In this document: one piece after another, positions 23,127 through 35,639 of the stretch
Position numbering within the stretch: position 1 is the first letter of the stretch
How the letters are laid out: every line of letters starts with the position of its first letter
Assembly (NCBI RefSeq): GCF_001194135.2
Contig: NC_068982.1
Location: 182,242,258-182,297,368, forward strand
Length of the DNA: 55,111 nucleotides
Reading direction: 5' to 3'
Source: Octopus bimaculoides
Lineage: Eukaryota
Made by a program: the position numbers and the translations under genes
Notes under the pieces: generated by a model
Database searches by the model: none
Seen by the model: the letters and a program-made list of their open reading frames with translations, nothing else
What the model was told of the DNA's origin: nothing

Positions 23127-26100
23127 GTATTTATATATATNNNNNNNNNNNNNNNNNNNNNNNNNNNNNNNNNNNNNNNNNNNNNNNNNNNNNNNNNNNN
23201 NNNNNNNNNNNNNNNNNNNNNNNNNNNNNNNNNNNNNNNNNNNNNNNNNNNNNNNNNNNNNNNNNNNNNNNNNNNNNNNNNNNNNNNNNNNNNNNNNNNN
23301 NNNNNNNNNNNNNNNNNNNNNNNNNNNNNNNNNNNNNNNNNNNNNNNNNNNNNNNNNNNNNNNNNNNNNNNNNNNNNNNNNNNNNNNNNNNNNNNNNNNN
23401 NNNNNNNNNNNNNNNNNNNNNNNNNNNNNNNNNNNNNNNNNNNNNNNNNNNNNNNNNNNNNNNNNNNNNNNNNNTGTGTGTGTGTGTGTGTGTGTTTGCG
23501 TGTGTATATATATATGGGTGTGTGTGTGTGTGTATCTACGTATACATCTATTTGTTTATCTATATATATATATGTGTGTGTGGGTGTGTCTCCCTGTGTG
23601 TGTCTGTATTCATGGAGAAATAGAGGTAGACATTTGCAGTGTAAGAGATATATAAAATATAATGGCATATCACATTAATAGATAAAGTGATATTTTATTA
23701 GCATCATTGTTAAGAGATCTTAGCAATCCCTGCTGAAATCAATCGATTTTCGGTCTGGCCATCTAAAGTGTATTAGTTAAACACAGTCTAGTTGGAAGGA
23801 ACTTAGCCGATTCCTTCATTAGAAGAAGAACAAGCCAGAAATATATCCCTCGGTAATAGCATGTGCATTACATGGTATTACACTGATTGTGAAAGGAGAA
23901 GTTTTTAACATGAAGCTAATTTAATATTGTGCAACATCTGAAATCCACATTCATTGTGTGTTGATCTAAGCATGAATTATTTGCTTTGATCTTAATCCGA
24001 AAGAAAATTCAGCATTGCCTGTGGATACAGAAATAACGGTTTCATTCATTTTCTAAATTGCATAAACGTCAAAGCATCAGAACCAAAACATAATTTTCAG
24101 CACGGTTACCTTTTATTCCCAACATACTGAATATCAAAGTTAGATACTTACATATGGCTAGATTCTAAATGTATGAACATCATATTAATCAATTAATATT
24201 TTATACATAAGCAATTTGAATCTTACTTAGTACTGATGCTGAATATTTTGCGTATAATACACCAATCTAATACAGATGCCTCCTGGATTATATGATTTCG
24301 GAAACTAAGATATTTATTTTCGTTCATGATTATTTTACAGGTTTCGATGGATATTTAAGTGGGTGGATGTAAACTGACTTCAGAGATATAGAAAAATATA
24401 ATCTTTAATAGATATACATGGCTGGCGGTTTGTACAATACGTAAAGCATGGAAAATGCATTGAAAGAAATATGTTCTGAGTTGAAAGAATTCTCGGATCC
24501 ACTTGTATTTCATATTTTGTAGTCGATGTAGTTGGTGATACGTGCAAGGTCGTGCTCCACTTTGGAAATATTACAAGGAGATAACCAGTAAAATAAGTTT
24601 ATTTTCAAAAGAGACACATGACAACAGTGGCAAATTAGTCTTTCGGAGGGATGGGAGGCATAGCTATGTTATATTATTAGTTTGGTCTCCAGTATAAGAA
24701 TGTATCCAGGATCTTCACAGAACCTTTGTAAATTGTGTAATTACCATAGTTTATGTTTCGAAGAGTGTAGTCAAGCTGAGAATTCAAAGGCAACTGAGAA
24801 GGTAGAAATATGTGAGTCTTCTAAAGTACTTCTAGAAATAATCAGTTGCGCGTATCACTCATCTGTATAGTAAATATACAGTTCGCTTTCGCATTTTGCT
24901 CACATAGTTTTTGTTAATTTCAGGGTTGCCATCATAGAGCAGACGTTCCATCAACGCTATTTTTGCCCTGTACATTCTGCCTATTTGTATATCCATTGTT
25001 ACATCCCTGGATCATTTATTTCTAAATTCGGTTGAGATGATTTGATAAGGGTTTGGTTGGTATTTTTAAAAGTCGAGAGAATTGATATAGGTTTGATTGC
25101 TCCTTTGCGATGATATGTTGTCTGAAAGAAGATATTTTGATTGTTGAACATGAGGACCATACTGAATAGTTTATATATGATTTTAGCTCTCATACAGTGC
25201 AATAACAGAAGCAATCATAAGCCACTGAAAATATAGTGTAGGTGAAATATTATGTATGTGTCTTTCATTAATTATATTCTATTATATAATCAGTTACGTC
25301 AAATTTATTCATAAACGTTTACTCACTGTAGGATGAAATTTGTTAGTTTTCTCCGGATGAATCATGGCGGGTGTTTGATATCACTAAAATGATGCCTACA
25401 CCTGAGTTGAAAAATATGATTTTTGTCTTGTGATACTTAGATATGTCCCATTCCATTCTGAATTACTCTCTCACTGGAGTCAACATTGCCCATCATACTC
25501 AGGCTTTTATTAAATGACACCAGTATCCATAATCTCAAGTAGATTCAACCGATTGAATAATTGCTTCCTTGTAACAATTTTATAATTCACATACTTCAGA
25601 AGAAATTCGATTTGAGCATTAATTTATAGTTAATGTTCAATGAAAACATAACTCTATGATTTTCATGTAATCTTATAACGTCTCGCTATTCAGTTTCCCC
25701 ATTATTTCCCTAAACCACTTCTATAAAATAGTGATCATAATCTAAACCCGCTTTGAATGATACATTATCAAGTTTATAGCCATGTATATTTATATACAAC
25801 CTTAAGAAAGGATTACTTGTAAAATTCTATCCTAAGTAGAACAGGCAAAAGTAAAAGTATTCACATACCCAGTAAGCAGAAGATCAACAATAAAACTCTC
25901 TTTCTGATTTACATACATATTTAGAGATAAGATTTGATTTGATTTCAGAAAATTCAGTTAGTGGTATATATAAGTTAAGTTATTACATTGCCGAAAGTAA
26001 ATATATATTTCAAGGGATGTAGTAATAACATGACACATTCTTTACCGACTTTGGAAACATTACTGGGCATATTTAAAAGTTTATTCGTTGCTCCAATGAA

Positions 26101-26648
26101 AGTGTATATATGCCATTATAGCAACTGAATGTACAGCAATTACTCAGGGAATTTCGAAATAATTGCTAGATTTCGGTTCGTCTTTATATAATGCAACGAA
26201 TTTTCTAACTGTCCGCGTTATGTACTAGTAAAACATTTGCATGAATTTTCGTATAGCATTAAATGGAAATGGAAATACGTATGCACACTTCAATATCTAG
26301 AATATGCCGTATCTATATTCACACACAGTCAAATGTGTGTGTAAGACTGTATATATATATATATATATATATATATNNNNNNNNNNNNNNNNNNNNNNNN
26401 NNNNNNNNNNNNNNNNNNNNNNNNNNNNNNNNNNNNNNNNNNNNNNNNNNNNNNNNNNNNNNNNNNNNNNNNNNNNNNNNNNNNNNNNNNNNNNNNNNNN
26501 NNNNNNNNNNNNNNNNNNNNNNNNNNNNNNNNNNNNNNNNNNNNNNNNNNNNNNNNNNNNNNNNNNNNNNNNNNNNNNNNNNNNNNNNNNNNNNNNNNNN
26601 NNNNNTATATATATATATTATATATATATATTTAGGAGAGTGTGTGCA

Positions 26649-26695
<47 letters not shown>

Positions 26696-27295
26696 CACAC
26701 ACAGAGGAAATATGCGCGCATATGTATGTATCTCTATGTATCTGTATGTATCGATCTGTAATAAAGGCTATACGTTTAAGCAAATCCTGAAATCAGAACA
26801 GATTATATACATGTTTGCTATTAAAAATTAATATAACATAGACTTCAATGGCAATCGTAATAAAAAGAGCTCTGTACAGATATATTCATTTTACATGGAA
26901 CGTTTGTCATCAAGTTATTAGGTTATATCCGAAATGAAAAATATTTCAGTACCCACGTTGTAAATGCTGGAAATATATTGGAAATGATGTTCGAAGTATG
27001 ATTTATGTAGTTAAATCATTGGAAATATAGGATTAACAACAATTGCTACTACCTGAAACGCTAAGACTAAAACCTTCATATAAATACACTCTATGTGATG
27101 ATGTAGGTATGTAAGTGTGTGTACGCGCGCGTGAGGGCGTGTATATGTACATGTACATATGAGTGTATATATGTTCATGTTGTTACATAATTAATAACTA
27201 TTGTCTTTACTTGTCAAATGATTCATTCCTCGTGGGGAGTAACATTTATTGCTACAATATGATTTCCATGTTTACACGTCTCACCTTTAGTTCAG

Positions 27296-27728
27296 ACAGA
27301 TAAACGTAACTTCGAAATAGGCAAAGCCTGAAGTCACACTCAACACCTAATATATCATTTTACTTATTGCAGTCATTTGACTGCGGCCATGCTGTAGCAC
27401 CGTCTTTAGTCGAGCAAATCGAACCCAGGACTTACCCTTTGTAGCTATTCTTTCGGTTTCGTTTGCCAAACCGCTAAGTTACGGGGACATAAACACACCG
27501 ACACCGGTTGTCAAGTGATGGTGGGGGGACAAGCACAGACACACAAATATATACAAATATATACGATGGGATTCTTTCAGTTTCCCTCTACCAAATGCAT
27601 TGACAAAGCTCTGATCGGCTCGAGGTTACAGTAGAAGACACTTGCCTAAGTTACCACGCAGTAGGACTGAATCCGGAACCATGTGGTAGAGAAGCAAGCT
27701 TCTTACCACACAGCCATGACTGCGCCTA
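27296..27728 (-). mobile_element. Long tRNA-derived SINE, full length
   Basis: Minus-strand head gtcatggctgtgtggtaagaagcttgcttc...ccggattcagtcctac. Collinear with 8590-8974. Confidence 0.9.
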
Positions 27729-28178
27729 TGTGTGGATTTACTACCCGTAACTTGACGGTTCGCTAGAAACCAATATAATTAGCACCCTGCTTATGTTGAT
27801 AAGGCTGATACTGATAGTTGCATATGTTGATAAGGCTGGAAAGATATCACGTTAGCCAGGAATAGGCGGAATTTTCCAATTCTTAAAAATATATTTATAC
27901 ATATGCTTGCGACCACTAAAACTGATGAAGCTAAATTCCTTGCTAAATGTAGTGATAACGGTGATAGATTAGAATGCTTAGCTAAGGGAGAGGACTTTAT
28001 TACTTGAAAAGTTCATCAGTCTAATTTTCGTGATAATCTTCCTTGTAGATTGTTAAACACAACGAGATCTGAAATTGGGCTAGTAGCTAAAAACAATACT
28101 TCGAAATATTAATAATAGAATAAAGGAAATTACTGGACTTCAAGAAAGGAATAACAGTTTTACTGTAATAAATTGAAC

Positions 28179-28406
28179 ACAATTGCAGCGTGGAAGGTGT
28201 TTATAAGCCATTTAAGAAACACACAAAAAATGTTAGATTCACTTCAACATTTAAATTTAATTTGCCACGGAATTTTGTCAGTGAACAGGTCGCGGTCTCA
28301 AAGCGATGAAAATATTTTGGCAAATTAAATTTAAATGTTGAAGTGAATCTAACGGTTTTTGTGTGTTTCTTAAATGGCTTAGAAACACCTTCCACGCTGA
28401 AATTGT
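28179..28406 (+). mobile_element. Foldback element with 89-bp inverted arms and a 50-bp loop, probably a PLE terminal repeat
   Basis: 28179-28267 is the near-perfect reverse complement of 28318-28406. No target-site duplication is visible, and it lies just upstream of a PLE RT fragment. Confidence 0.8.
28274..28324 (+). ncRNA. Candidate minimal hammerhead ribozyme with a G3-C8 core variant
   Basis: TTTGTCA-GTGAACA-G-GTCGC GGTCTCAAA GCGAT-GAAA-ATAT-TT-TGGCAAA. Stem I has 7 bp with one wobble, stem II has 5 bp, stem III is the palindrome AATATT, the triplet is UUU, and cleavage is predicted after 28317. Confidence 0.65.
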
Positions 28407-28466
28407 TTTCGTTCCAGCACACGATCTCAGATCAGGTAACTTGCTATGCAATACAATTCCATATAT

Positions 28467-29885
28467 GTAATAGATTGGTTTAAGAATATCAAGAATAGGA
28501 TTAAGGCTAAATTTACCCAGCTTGATATTATAAACTTTCATCAATCTACATCTTGATCGTAGCTTGATAAAGCTATTGAATTTGCGAAATCGTATGTTGA
28601 TATTGACCCTATAGACCTAAATTGTATCAGGCATGCGAGGAAAACACTATTGTTCACTAAAGGATTAGCATGGGTAAAAATGTTGCATAGGAATGAACTC
28701 TTTGATGTAGCTACGGGGTCATATGATAAGTGCTGACGTCTGTTACCTTGTGGGTTTATTTCTACTAAGCACATTGATGTATATACATATATANNNNNNN
28801 NNNTATTTCCCATGGGTGTGATGATCATACCCTTGACAGATTTAAGAAGTAACTAATTTCCATCTTTAATCAGTTAGGACTTAAAATTAAGGTAGCTACT
28901 AATCTCTCTATAGTTGATTATTTACATGTTTCCTGAAATTTAAATTCCTTCCCGTATAAACCTTTCCATCACCCTAATAAGAAACTTGCATACATACATA
29001 AACAGGTTTATCACCCTCCTGTATAGTTAATGTTAATAACAGAGTGACTAACCTCTTTTCTTCTAGTGAAATTTTCGAGAAAGCTGCCCCTATTATAACA
29101 AGGCTCTGACTAATAGTGACCTCAAAGATACATTAATATATAACAATTCTAATAATAATCAAAATATTAATAATAGATCTATTGGCATCAAAGTTAAGGT
29201 AATACATAACTACTCTAGTACTAATGAGAATAATAAGAAACCTAAAAATTATTTGGTTTGCACCGACCTTTTCCCTTAATATGAAAACTAACGTTATTAA
29301 AAGATTCCGTTCTCTCCTAGACAAGCACTTTCCAACCCCTCACAGACACTGAACATATTTAATAGGTGTTCTGTGAAATTGTCATATAGCTGCTGCCCCA
29401 ATATGAAGAGTATCACTACACGTGTTCAATACCAAGAGCTTGGATCCAGTTACAGCTGTCGTAACCCAATATCCTGTCCGCTTGACCAACGATGTATGAC
29501 TAAATCTATTAAATATAAGGCAAAAGTTAAAGGTTACTGCAACTCTAAATAATAATGCAACTGATAAGACCTATAGTGGATTATGTGAAGGTTAATTTAA
29601 AAATCGGTATGCCAATCACAACCTCCTTCCGATGTAGAAACAAAACTAAAGCCACTAAGTTAGCTAGATAAATATGGATTTTGAAACATAACGAAATACT
29701 ACATGTGATTAAATGGGAAGTAATTGAGAAATCCATACCTTATCTGAATGGATCGACTACATGTAGACTTTGTTTGGCCGAAAGAGCGCAGATCCTGTTG
29801 AGATATAAGACACCTAGCTGCTATTGAACTCCAGGTCAGAAATATGCATAAATATGCATAGCTATAAATATAGCTTGAAGAACGG
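28467..29885 (+). mobile_element. Penelope-like element (Neptune type), 5'-truncated RT plus GIY-YIG endonuclease, degenerate
   Basis: VIDWFKNI, QLDIINF, HARKTLLF, LFDVATGSYD, IFNQLGLKI, YIHKQVYHPP, IIWFAPTFS, LDKHFP, IFNRCSVKLSYSCCPNM, SCRNPISCPL, YSGLCEG*FKNRYANH, CRLCLAE and LNSRSEI. Confidence 0.92.
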
Positions 29886-30253
29886 GAAAATTCCTTTATT
29901 CTTGACTAACTTCATATCTTTCCAGCCTTATTATTTAATGTCTAATGAGGATAGCTCTTTTACCTTTTTACTTTTTTTTCTTTTTACATTTTTGTTTCTG
30001 TTGTTCGTTTTCCGTATTTTAGTGTTTGAGTTTTCTATACTCTTGTCAGTTTTTTTAGCGTTTCTTCTATTTTTCAGTATCTCTCGTTCGTTGCGATATG
30101 TGCATTGCGACTAAAAAGTATTTTTCAGTTTATCGACATATGAAACTATTAGTAGCGCTTTAATACATGTATTGTGACCTTTAAATAAATAATATTTATC
30201 TCTCACCAGATGGAGTACTTTTGTTGAATTTTCTATCACGGATAATTAGATTT

Positions 30254-30292
<39 letters not shown>

Positions 30293-30419
30293 CTCCATGC
30301 GGATTATAAACAATGCAAGGCCGATTTTAGTGATTCATTTAACAGAGGTAGTAGAGAATCAATCCGATGATAAATTTGATCTTGGCTCTTGAAAGTTTGA
30401 ATGAATCCTCGCTCACTTA

Positions 30420-30965
30420 AATTTCTTGCGGTTCCAGATGATATTATCTGTTGTACAGCATTGTATTGTCTGATTTGTTTTGGAAGTGCTTAGAATCTTG
30501 GTCACTTGATGATAACAGTTTCTTCAGTGACTCTGGAGGCTGGGCGATTTCAGGGAGTTTAACCTTTCCACCACTGCAGCATAATGCATGTATCCCTTCA
30601 GACCACGTCCTTGCTTTACAAGGTATGCACTCATTTGTCATTCCACCAACGGAGACTCAAGTGTCATCTGCATAATGAACTGCTGGATCATAACTGAAAG
30701 CTGCTTCATAGAAGTTGCTTCTCTGATCTGTTGCAACTGCTCTTCGTTCTGCAGTGGAAACCCTATTCCTTGTCAGCCGTGCATACCTCTCTTCATTACT
30801 TTGAGATGTTCTGGCTTTTGTAGTGCACATTCTGTTCGTTTCTGAATATGATTCACTTTCTGCAGCTGTCGTTCTTTCCCTGGACAGAGATAATTGTTTG
30901 GCTGACCATGACATTGCAGACAAATTTGACACTTTCCTTCGAGGAATGATTATATACCTATATAT
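30420..30965 (-). mobile_element. Helitron Rep/Hel N-terminal fragment
   Basis: IPRRK (decayed MPRRK), EERYARL..NRVSTAERR, AAFSYDP..Y, CIPCKA..W....CCSGGKVKLPEIAQPPESLKKLL...DSKHF and KIRQYNA. Confidence 0.85.
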
Positions 30966-31039
30966 AAATATAGGTGAACAGAAAATACTAAACAATGAAA
31001 ATAAGTGGATAACATAAATTATATTTCTTAATACGACGG

Positions 31040-31380
31040 GCAGAAAGTAAATAAGAATTTTTTTACGGAAAATAATGACGTGTACGGTTTGAAACGAAAT
31101 TTGTCACTTAGTGAACCAAAGAGCCAACATCGAAGTAACCTGTAAAATGCCTTTAACAACAGACACAAAGCCGTTGCAAAAAGGAAATAAGAAACCTTTA
31201 GGGAAATTTACTAAGTGTATGGATTTAAGTGAATTTTTTGTAGTTATTTCTGTCAATAAATTATGAACTTACATTTATCATTAATTCCGTCAACAACAAA
31301 ACAGTACAAAACATTGCAAAAGTAAATAAGAAATTTCTAGGCAAATTTAACGAAGCGTACGAATTGAAATGAAATTTCAA
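31040..31380. repeat. Three diverged ~140-bp tandem units upstream of the Helitron ORF
   Basis: The motif (ttgc)aaaagtaaataagaaattt recurs at ~31043, ~31174 and ~31314, with similar downstream sequence each time. Confidence 0.6.
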
Positions 31381-32029
31381 AAGTCACTTCTTTTAGTAAA
31401 TCATGTATGAAATTGTGCTCTTCTTTCTGTCAGTACTTTGTCGTTGTTGTTTGTAAATAACGATTGAAAACTTACAGTGAAAACAGTAGCGATTGGAGTT
31501 AAAGGGAAAACAATGGGGTCTGAAAAATGAAAGTAAAAACAATAGTGAGTAAGTGAAATATAGAGAGTGAGAAAGAAAGAGATACCTAGTTAGATAAATG
31601 AGATAGATATAGATAGCAAGATAAGATATAGACAGATAGATATAGAGGTGGAGATGGACAGTGAAATATAGAGAGATATTGAGATAAGCGTGAACATCGA
31701 ATAAACACATCTTTATTTTATATATTAGGTGAGATTGTAATAATTTTTTCAGCAATGGATGTAAGGGAATCAAACAATTTCTGAAAGTTGCTTTGCAAAG
31801 AGTTACCTCCCTTGTCCATGTAACCGAGGAACCGATATTTTTTTACCCCTAGGGTGGCCCATTACTCATTATGTTAAATATTTAATTGTCTAAAACCATC
31901 TCTGGATATAAGTAATCTATGTTTCCAATTTGGAGAAAATCAGTTGAAAAATGCAGCCGTTATAATCTTTTACACATACACAGAGAATGGGATTTATATT
32001 ATATATATATATATATTTGTATATATATT

Positions 32030-32200
32030 GTCGTTCAAAGCTCGAATGATGAGCCGAAAGACAGCCGACAACTGATGAAGGGTTGTTCTTTATATTACTT
32101 GTCCGGTTTTCCATCTTTTTCTTTCGCTTTTTGCGTATTGATCTCATTTATTTTCGTATTTAATGTTGTTTACTATTGGTGACGTCCTGTACCCATATAT
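32030..32200 (+). mobile_element. Family B interspersed repeat
   Basis: Reverse-complement homologue of 3100-3290. Confidence 0.7.
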
Positions 32201-32398
32201 GCATTTGTGTAATAATATATGCATATATATATATAATGATATATATACATATACAAATATATATATATATATATGTATGTATGTTACTGTTGTTTAGCTC
32301 CAGGAATCATCGTTTCCAGCTGGCTATACGACACAATATCTGTGTACTTATATTTTCAAAAAGGGAGTTCAGCACGCCCATCCATCACAAAACAACTA

Positions 32399-32439
32399 CT
32401 GTGGACCGGTTTCGGAGTTATTACTCTTTATCAACAGAG
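32399..32439 (-). ncRNA. Candidate minimal hammerhead ribozyme with a U3-A8 core variant (GUC site)
   Basis: Minus strand reads CTCTG-TTGATAA-A GAG TAATAA CTC C-GAAA-CCGG-TC-CACAG. Stem III is the palindrome ACCGGT and stem I has 4 of 5 pairs. Confidence 0.6.
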
Positions 32440-32749
32440 TAGCTGATCGGCGAGTTGGCATTGCTGAATTGACCTTTCGAAAATATATAGTTGTCAAAGT
32501 GACACACTGTCACTGATCTAATAACATTGATACACTATTACTTCTAAATCTCTCAAAGAGAGATACTGAGAAACAGTTCTTTAAAGTAAAGGCTATTTGC
32601 CAACATAATGCGGTTGCTCCGGAAGGGACGACTGTTAGTGTTGTTTAGCCCCAGGAATCATCGTTTCCAGCTGGCTATACGACACAATATCTGTGTTCTT
32701 GTATTTTCAAAAAGGGAGTTCAGCACGCCCATCCATCACAAAACAACAT

Positions 32750-32790
32750 CTGTGGACCGGTTCCTGGGTTATTGCACTTTATCAAAACAG
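32750..32790 (-). ncRNA. Second, more decayed U3-A8 hammerhead copy
   Basis: Minus strand reads CTGTT-TTGATAA-AGTG CAATAA CCCA-GGAA-CCGG-TC-CACAG. GAAA has become GGAA, so it is probably inactive. Confidence 0.45.
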
Positions 32791-33072
32791 AGTAGTTTCT
32801 TGGCTTGGTGGCCTTCCTGAATTCACCGTTGAAAAATATATAGTTTTCAAAGTGGCTCACAGACACTGATCTAATAAAACAGAAAGATTTTGTTTTGTAA
32901 TGGATGGGAGTGCTGAGCTCCATGTTCGAAAGAACTGTTACTGAATGTCTCTCTTTAACAGATTTAGGAAGAATGTTTCTATTGTTATATGTATATATAT
33001 ATATATGTGTGTGTGTGTTTGTGTTTGTGTGTGTGTGTCATTGTGTGTGTCGTCGTGTGTGTGTGTGTGTGT

Positions 33073-33135
<63 letters not shown>

Positions 33136-33210
33136 TATGTGTGTGTGTGTGTGTGTGAAAGGGAAATAATATGACATCTGTGTATTTTGAAGGCCGTCTT
33201 TTAATGCAAC

Positions 33211-33449
33211 GATGAACTCTGAGCTTTAAATAGTCTCATAGTTAAGCAAATACTTACATCAGAGCTTCCAACTGTCACAGCTACAAAATAGCCAATACCA
33301 CAGAAGCTATATCGAAATTACTTCTGTTAAAAATACACTTGATTCTATGAAGAACCTCTTGAGTAACCAATATGTCCAAAAGCATACAGACAACACCCGA
33401 TCACTTACACATAGAAAAACACATGGGATTATAAATTATTAGACAATGC
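33211..33449 (+). repeat. ~240-bp direct repeat, copy 1 (copy 2 at 37337-37572)
   Basis: gatgaactctgagc...ttagacaatgc matches gatgaactctgagc...ttagacattgc with long identical stretches. Confidence 0.9.
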
Positions 33450-33459
33450 GTTTATGGAT

Positions 33460-33530
33460 AGATACATAGATAGATAGATAGATAGAAAGATAGATAGATA
33501 GATATATATATATATAGATAGATAGATATG
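33460..33530. repeat. (GATA)n/(TA)n microsatellite
   Basis: Read directly from the sequence. Confidence 0.9.
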
Positions 33531-34984
33531 TATACCCATCCACACGCACACGCACACATATGTATATATATGTATATATTTATGTATATATNNNNNNNNN
33601 NNNNNNNNNNNNNNNNNNNNNNNNNNNNNNNNNNNNNNNNNNNNNNNNNNNNNNNNNNNNNNNNNNNNNNNNNNNNNNNNNNNNNNNNNNNNNNNNNNNN
33701 NNNNNNNNNNNNNNNNNNNNNNNNNNNNNNNNNNNNNNNNNNNNNNNNNNNNNNNNNNNNNNNNNNNNNNNNNNNNNNNNNNNNNNNNNNNNNNNNNNNN
33801 NNNNNNNNNNNNNNNNNNNNNNNNNNNNNNNNNNNNNNNNNNNNNNNNNNNNNNNNNNNNNNNNNNNNNNNNNNNNNNNNNNNNNNNNNNNNNNNNNNNN
33901 NNNNNNNNNNNNNNNNNNNNNNNNNNNNNNNNNNNNNNNNNNNNNNNNNNNNNNNNNNNNNNNAAAAAAACAAAGCTGTGTATAATATAGAACATTTATA
34001 AATAGAAGGTCTTACAGCTGTTTCCAGGATATTTATTATATCCCTCCATCGGAGACAGTGTGAGAGGATGGTTAAGCAATAGTTAGTTGACAGCAGATAA
34101 GAAACAGAGAGTGAATGTAGGGATATTGTATTTGTAAATCCATTGTTTAGGCAGAATGGTATACATATAAGATTCCAATACCATACTGACTAAAAATATA
34201 TTGTTATCATACTATAATAAATTAGAATATTAATAACTACACGATATATTCGGAGATTGTGAGCAAACAATGAATAAAATTATCCCTAGTGTATAATCGT
34301 GGCTAAAAGGAATATGCATAAAGTTATGACAACGTTCAAATATTTTTAAGGAGTTATGCCCATTTGTTGATTATACCGAAAATAATGCATGCAGCAAAAT
34401 GTCTTGACATACAATATGGTACCTTTTCAGGGGCTAAACCTATTTAAAAAACTTGCCCCATTGTTTTCCCTAAAGACAATCAACTTTAAAAATACTTCTT
34501 CTCGATTAATCATTTTCCATAGACAACGGTATTTCTGACGAAAATACGGAAAATACTGAAATATAGAAGCCTTGTAATACAGATAATAGATCTTCATAAT
34601 ACTAGGTGTACATTCGAATTATAAAGAGCGACATATACAAAGACATATAACCAAGACACGAAAACCTACACATATACTCAACACATCGAAATTAACATCA
34701 CCAGACATTGCATTTACATTTCATAGAATAATTTCAATGCAATAATAATAAGCAAAATTATTGCACGTATTGAAGGCACACGGATCTGTGGTGAAATGCG
34801 CAGTGAAAGCACGTATTATCAGTAAGAATATTGAATTAATATTAATAATATCAATCATTTAATGTATATTCCCAGATGATACTTTGGGAAAGTCTGATAG
34901 AATTGTTAGTAAAGATATTGCCATCCAGCTTGGTATTAACAAGAGTGTTATTGGTGTAATAAAAAGCGAAAAATCGACAGAAGC

Positions 34985-35105
34985 ATGAGGGAATTAGATG
35001 AAATAGATATACACACCATAAAGCTATTAACAGTGAACAGCGGCGAACATCCATAAAGCAGTGTTGATATATATAAACCAAGAAGTGGGGGACGGATAGA
35101 AACTC
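34985..35105 (+). mobile_element. R4/Dong-like RT thumb fragment
   Basis: ELDEIDIHTIKLLTVNSGEHP*SSVDIYKPRSGGR resembles the ELxxIDxKTRKLLT..HPKSxVDRLY.PRxxGGRG region. Confidence 0.55.
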
Positions 35106-35639
35106 ATTATAAGAGACAGCGTATACTTAGCAATTTTAAAAAAAACATGAGAATATTCAAAAATAGCAAATGAGGAGATACATACCTCATTCATGAAGGT
35201 CAATACAGAGAACAAGAACATATTCAGAATTAAATATTAGGTAAATAGAATACAGAGATTGAATAAGAAGTGTGAGTTACCCACAATAACAGGCGATTAT
35301 AACGGCGTTAAACTAAATATATACAGAAGCACGTAATGTATTATATGTGAGAATTCAAATTAGACTAAACGTCATATATATATTATGGATGTATGTAGTA
35401 AGATGTTAGAGATAATATTACGGCGGATTCGAAAGGATCAGAATAGAAAATATATTCTGAGGATTGTGGGAATTAAATTTAATTCTCACTCAACTAGCAA
35501 CGCTTATCAAGGTTTTTATGACCATATGAAAAGTTTTGTTGTAGGTTTTGATTAGTCATTCCATGGATTTAGTAGATTTCAATCTGTTAATCCACATATT
35601 GTACATAGTCCTTATGAGGTGGTAGATACACAGCAATAA

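Larger units (their letters stand above)
32283..32930 (-). mobile_element. Tandem pair (~345-bp period) of a PLE-like repeat related to the 7858-8217 element, with a terminal inverted copy
   Basis: 32283-32525 is similar to 32630-32878. 32884-32929 is an inverted copy of ~32706-32752. Confidence 0.8.

Noticed and set aside
24905-25035. Good acceptor (ttttgttaatttcag) followed by a short open stretch
   Set aside because: All frames close quickly or lack a convincing donor, and there is no homology signal.
27905-27950. CTGATGAAGC...GCTAAA motif
   Set aside because: GAAA is absent (TAAA) and stems I and III do not form convincingly.
32040-32085. Family B has CTGATGA-like and GAAA boxes (also at ~3230-3270 and ~42974)
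   Set aside because: The boxes are in the wrong order for type I, with too little spacing and no UH site for type II. I could not fold a hammerhead.
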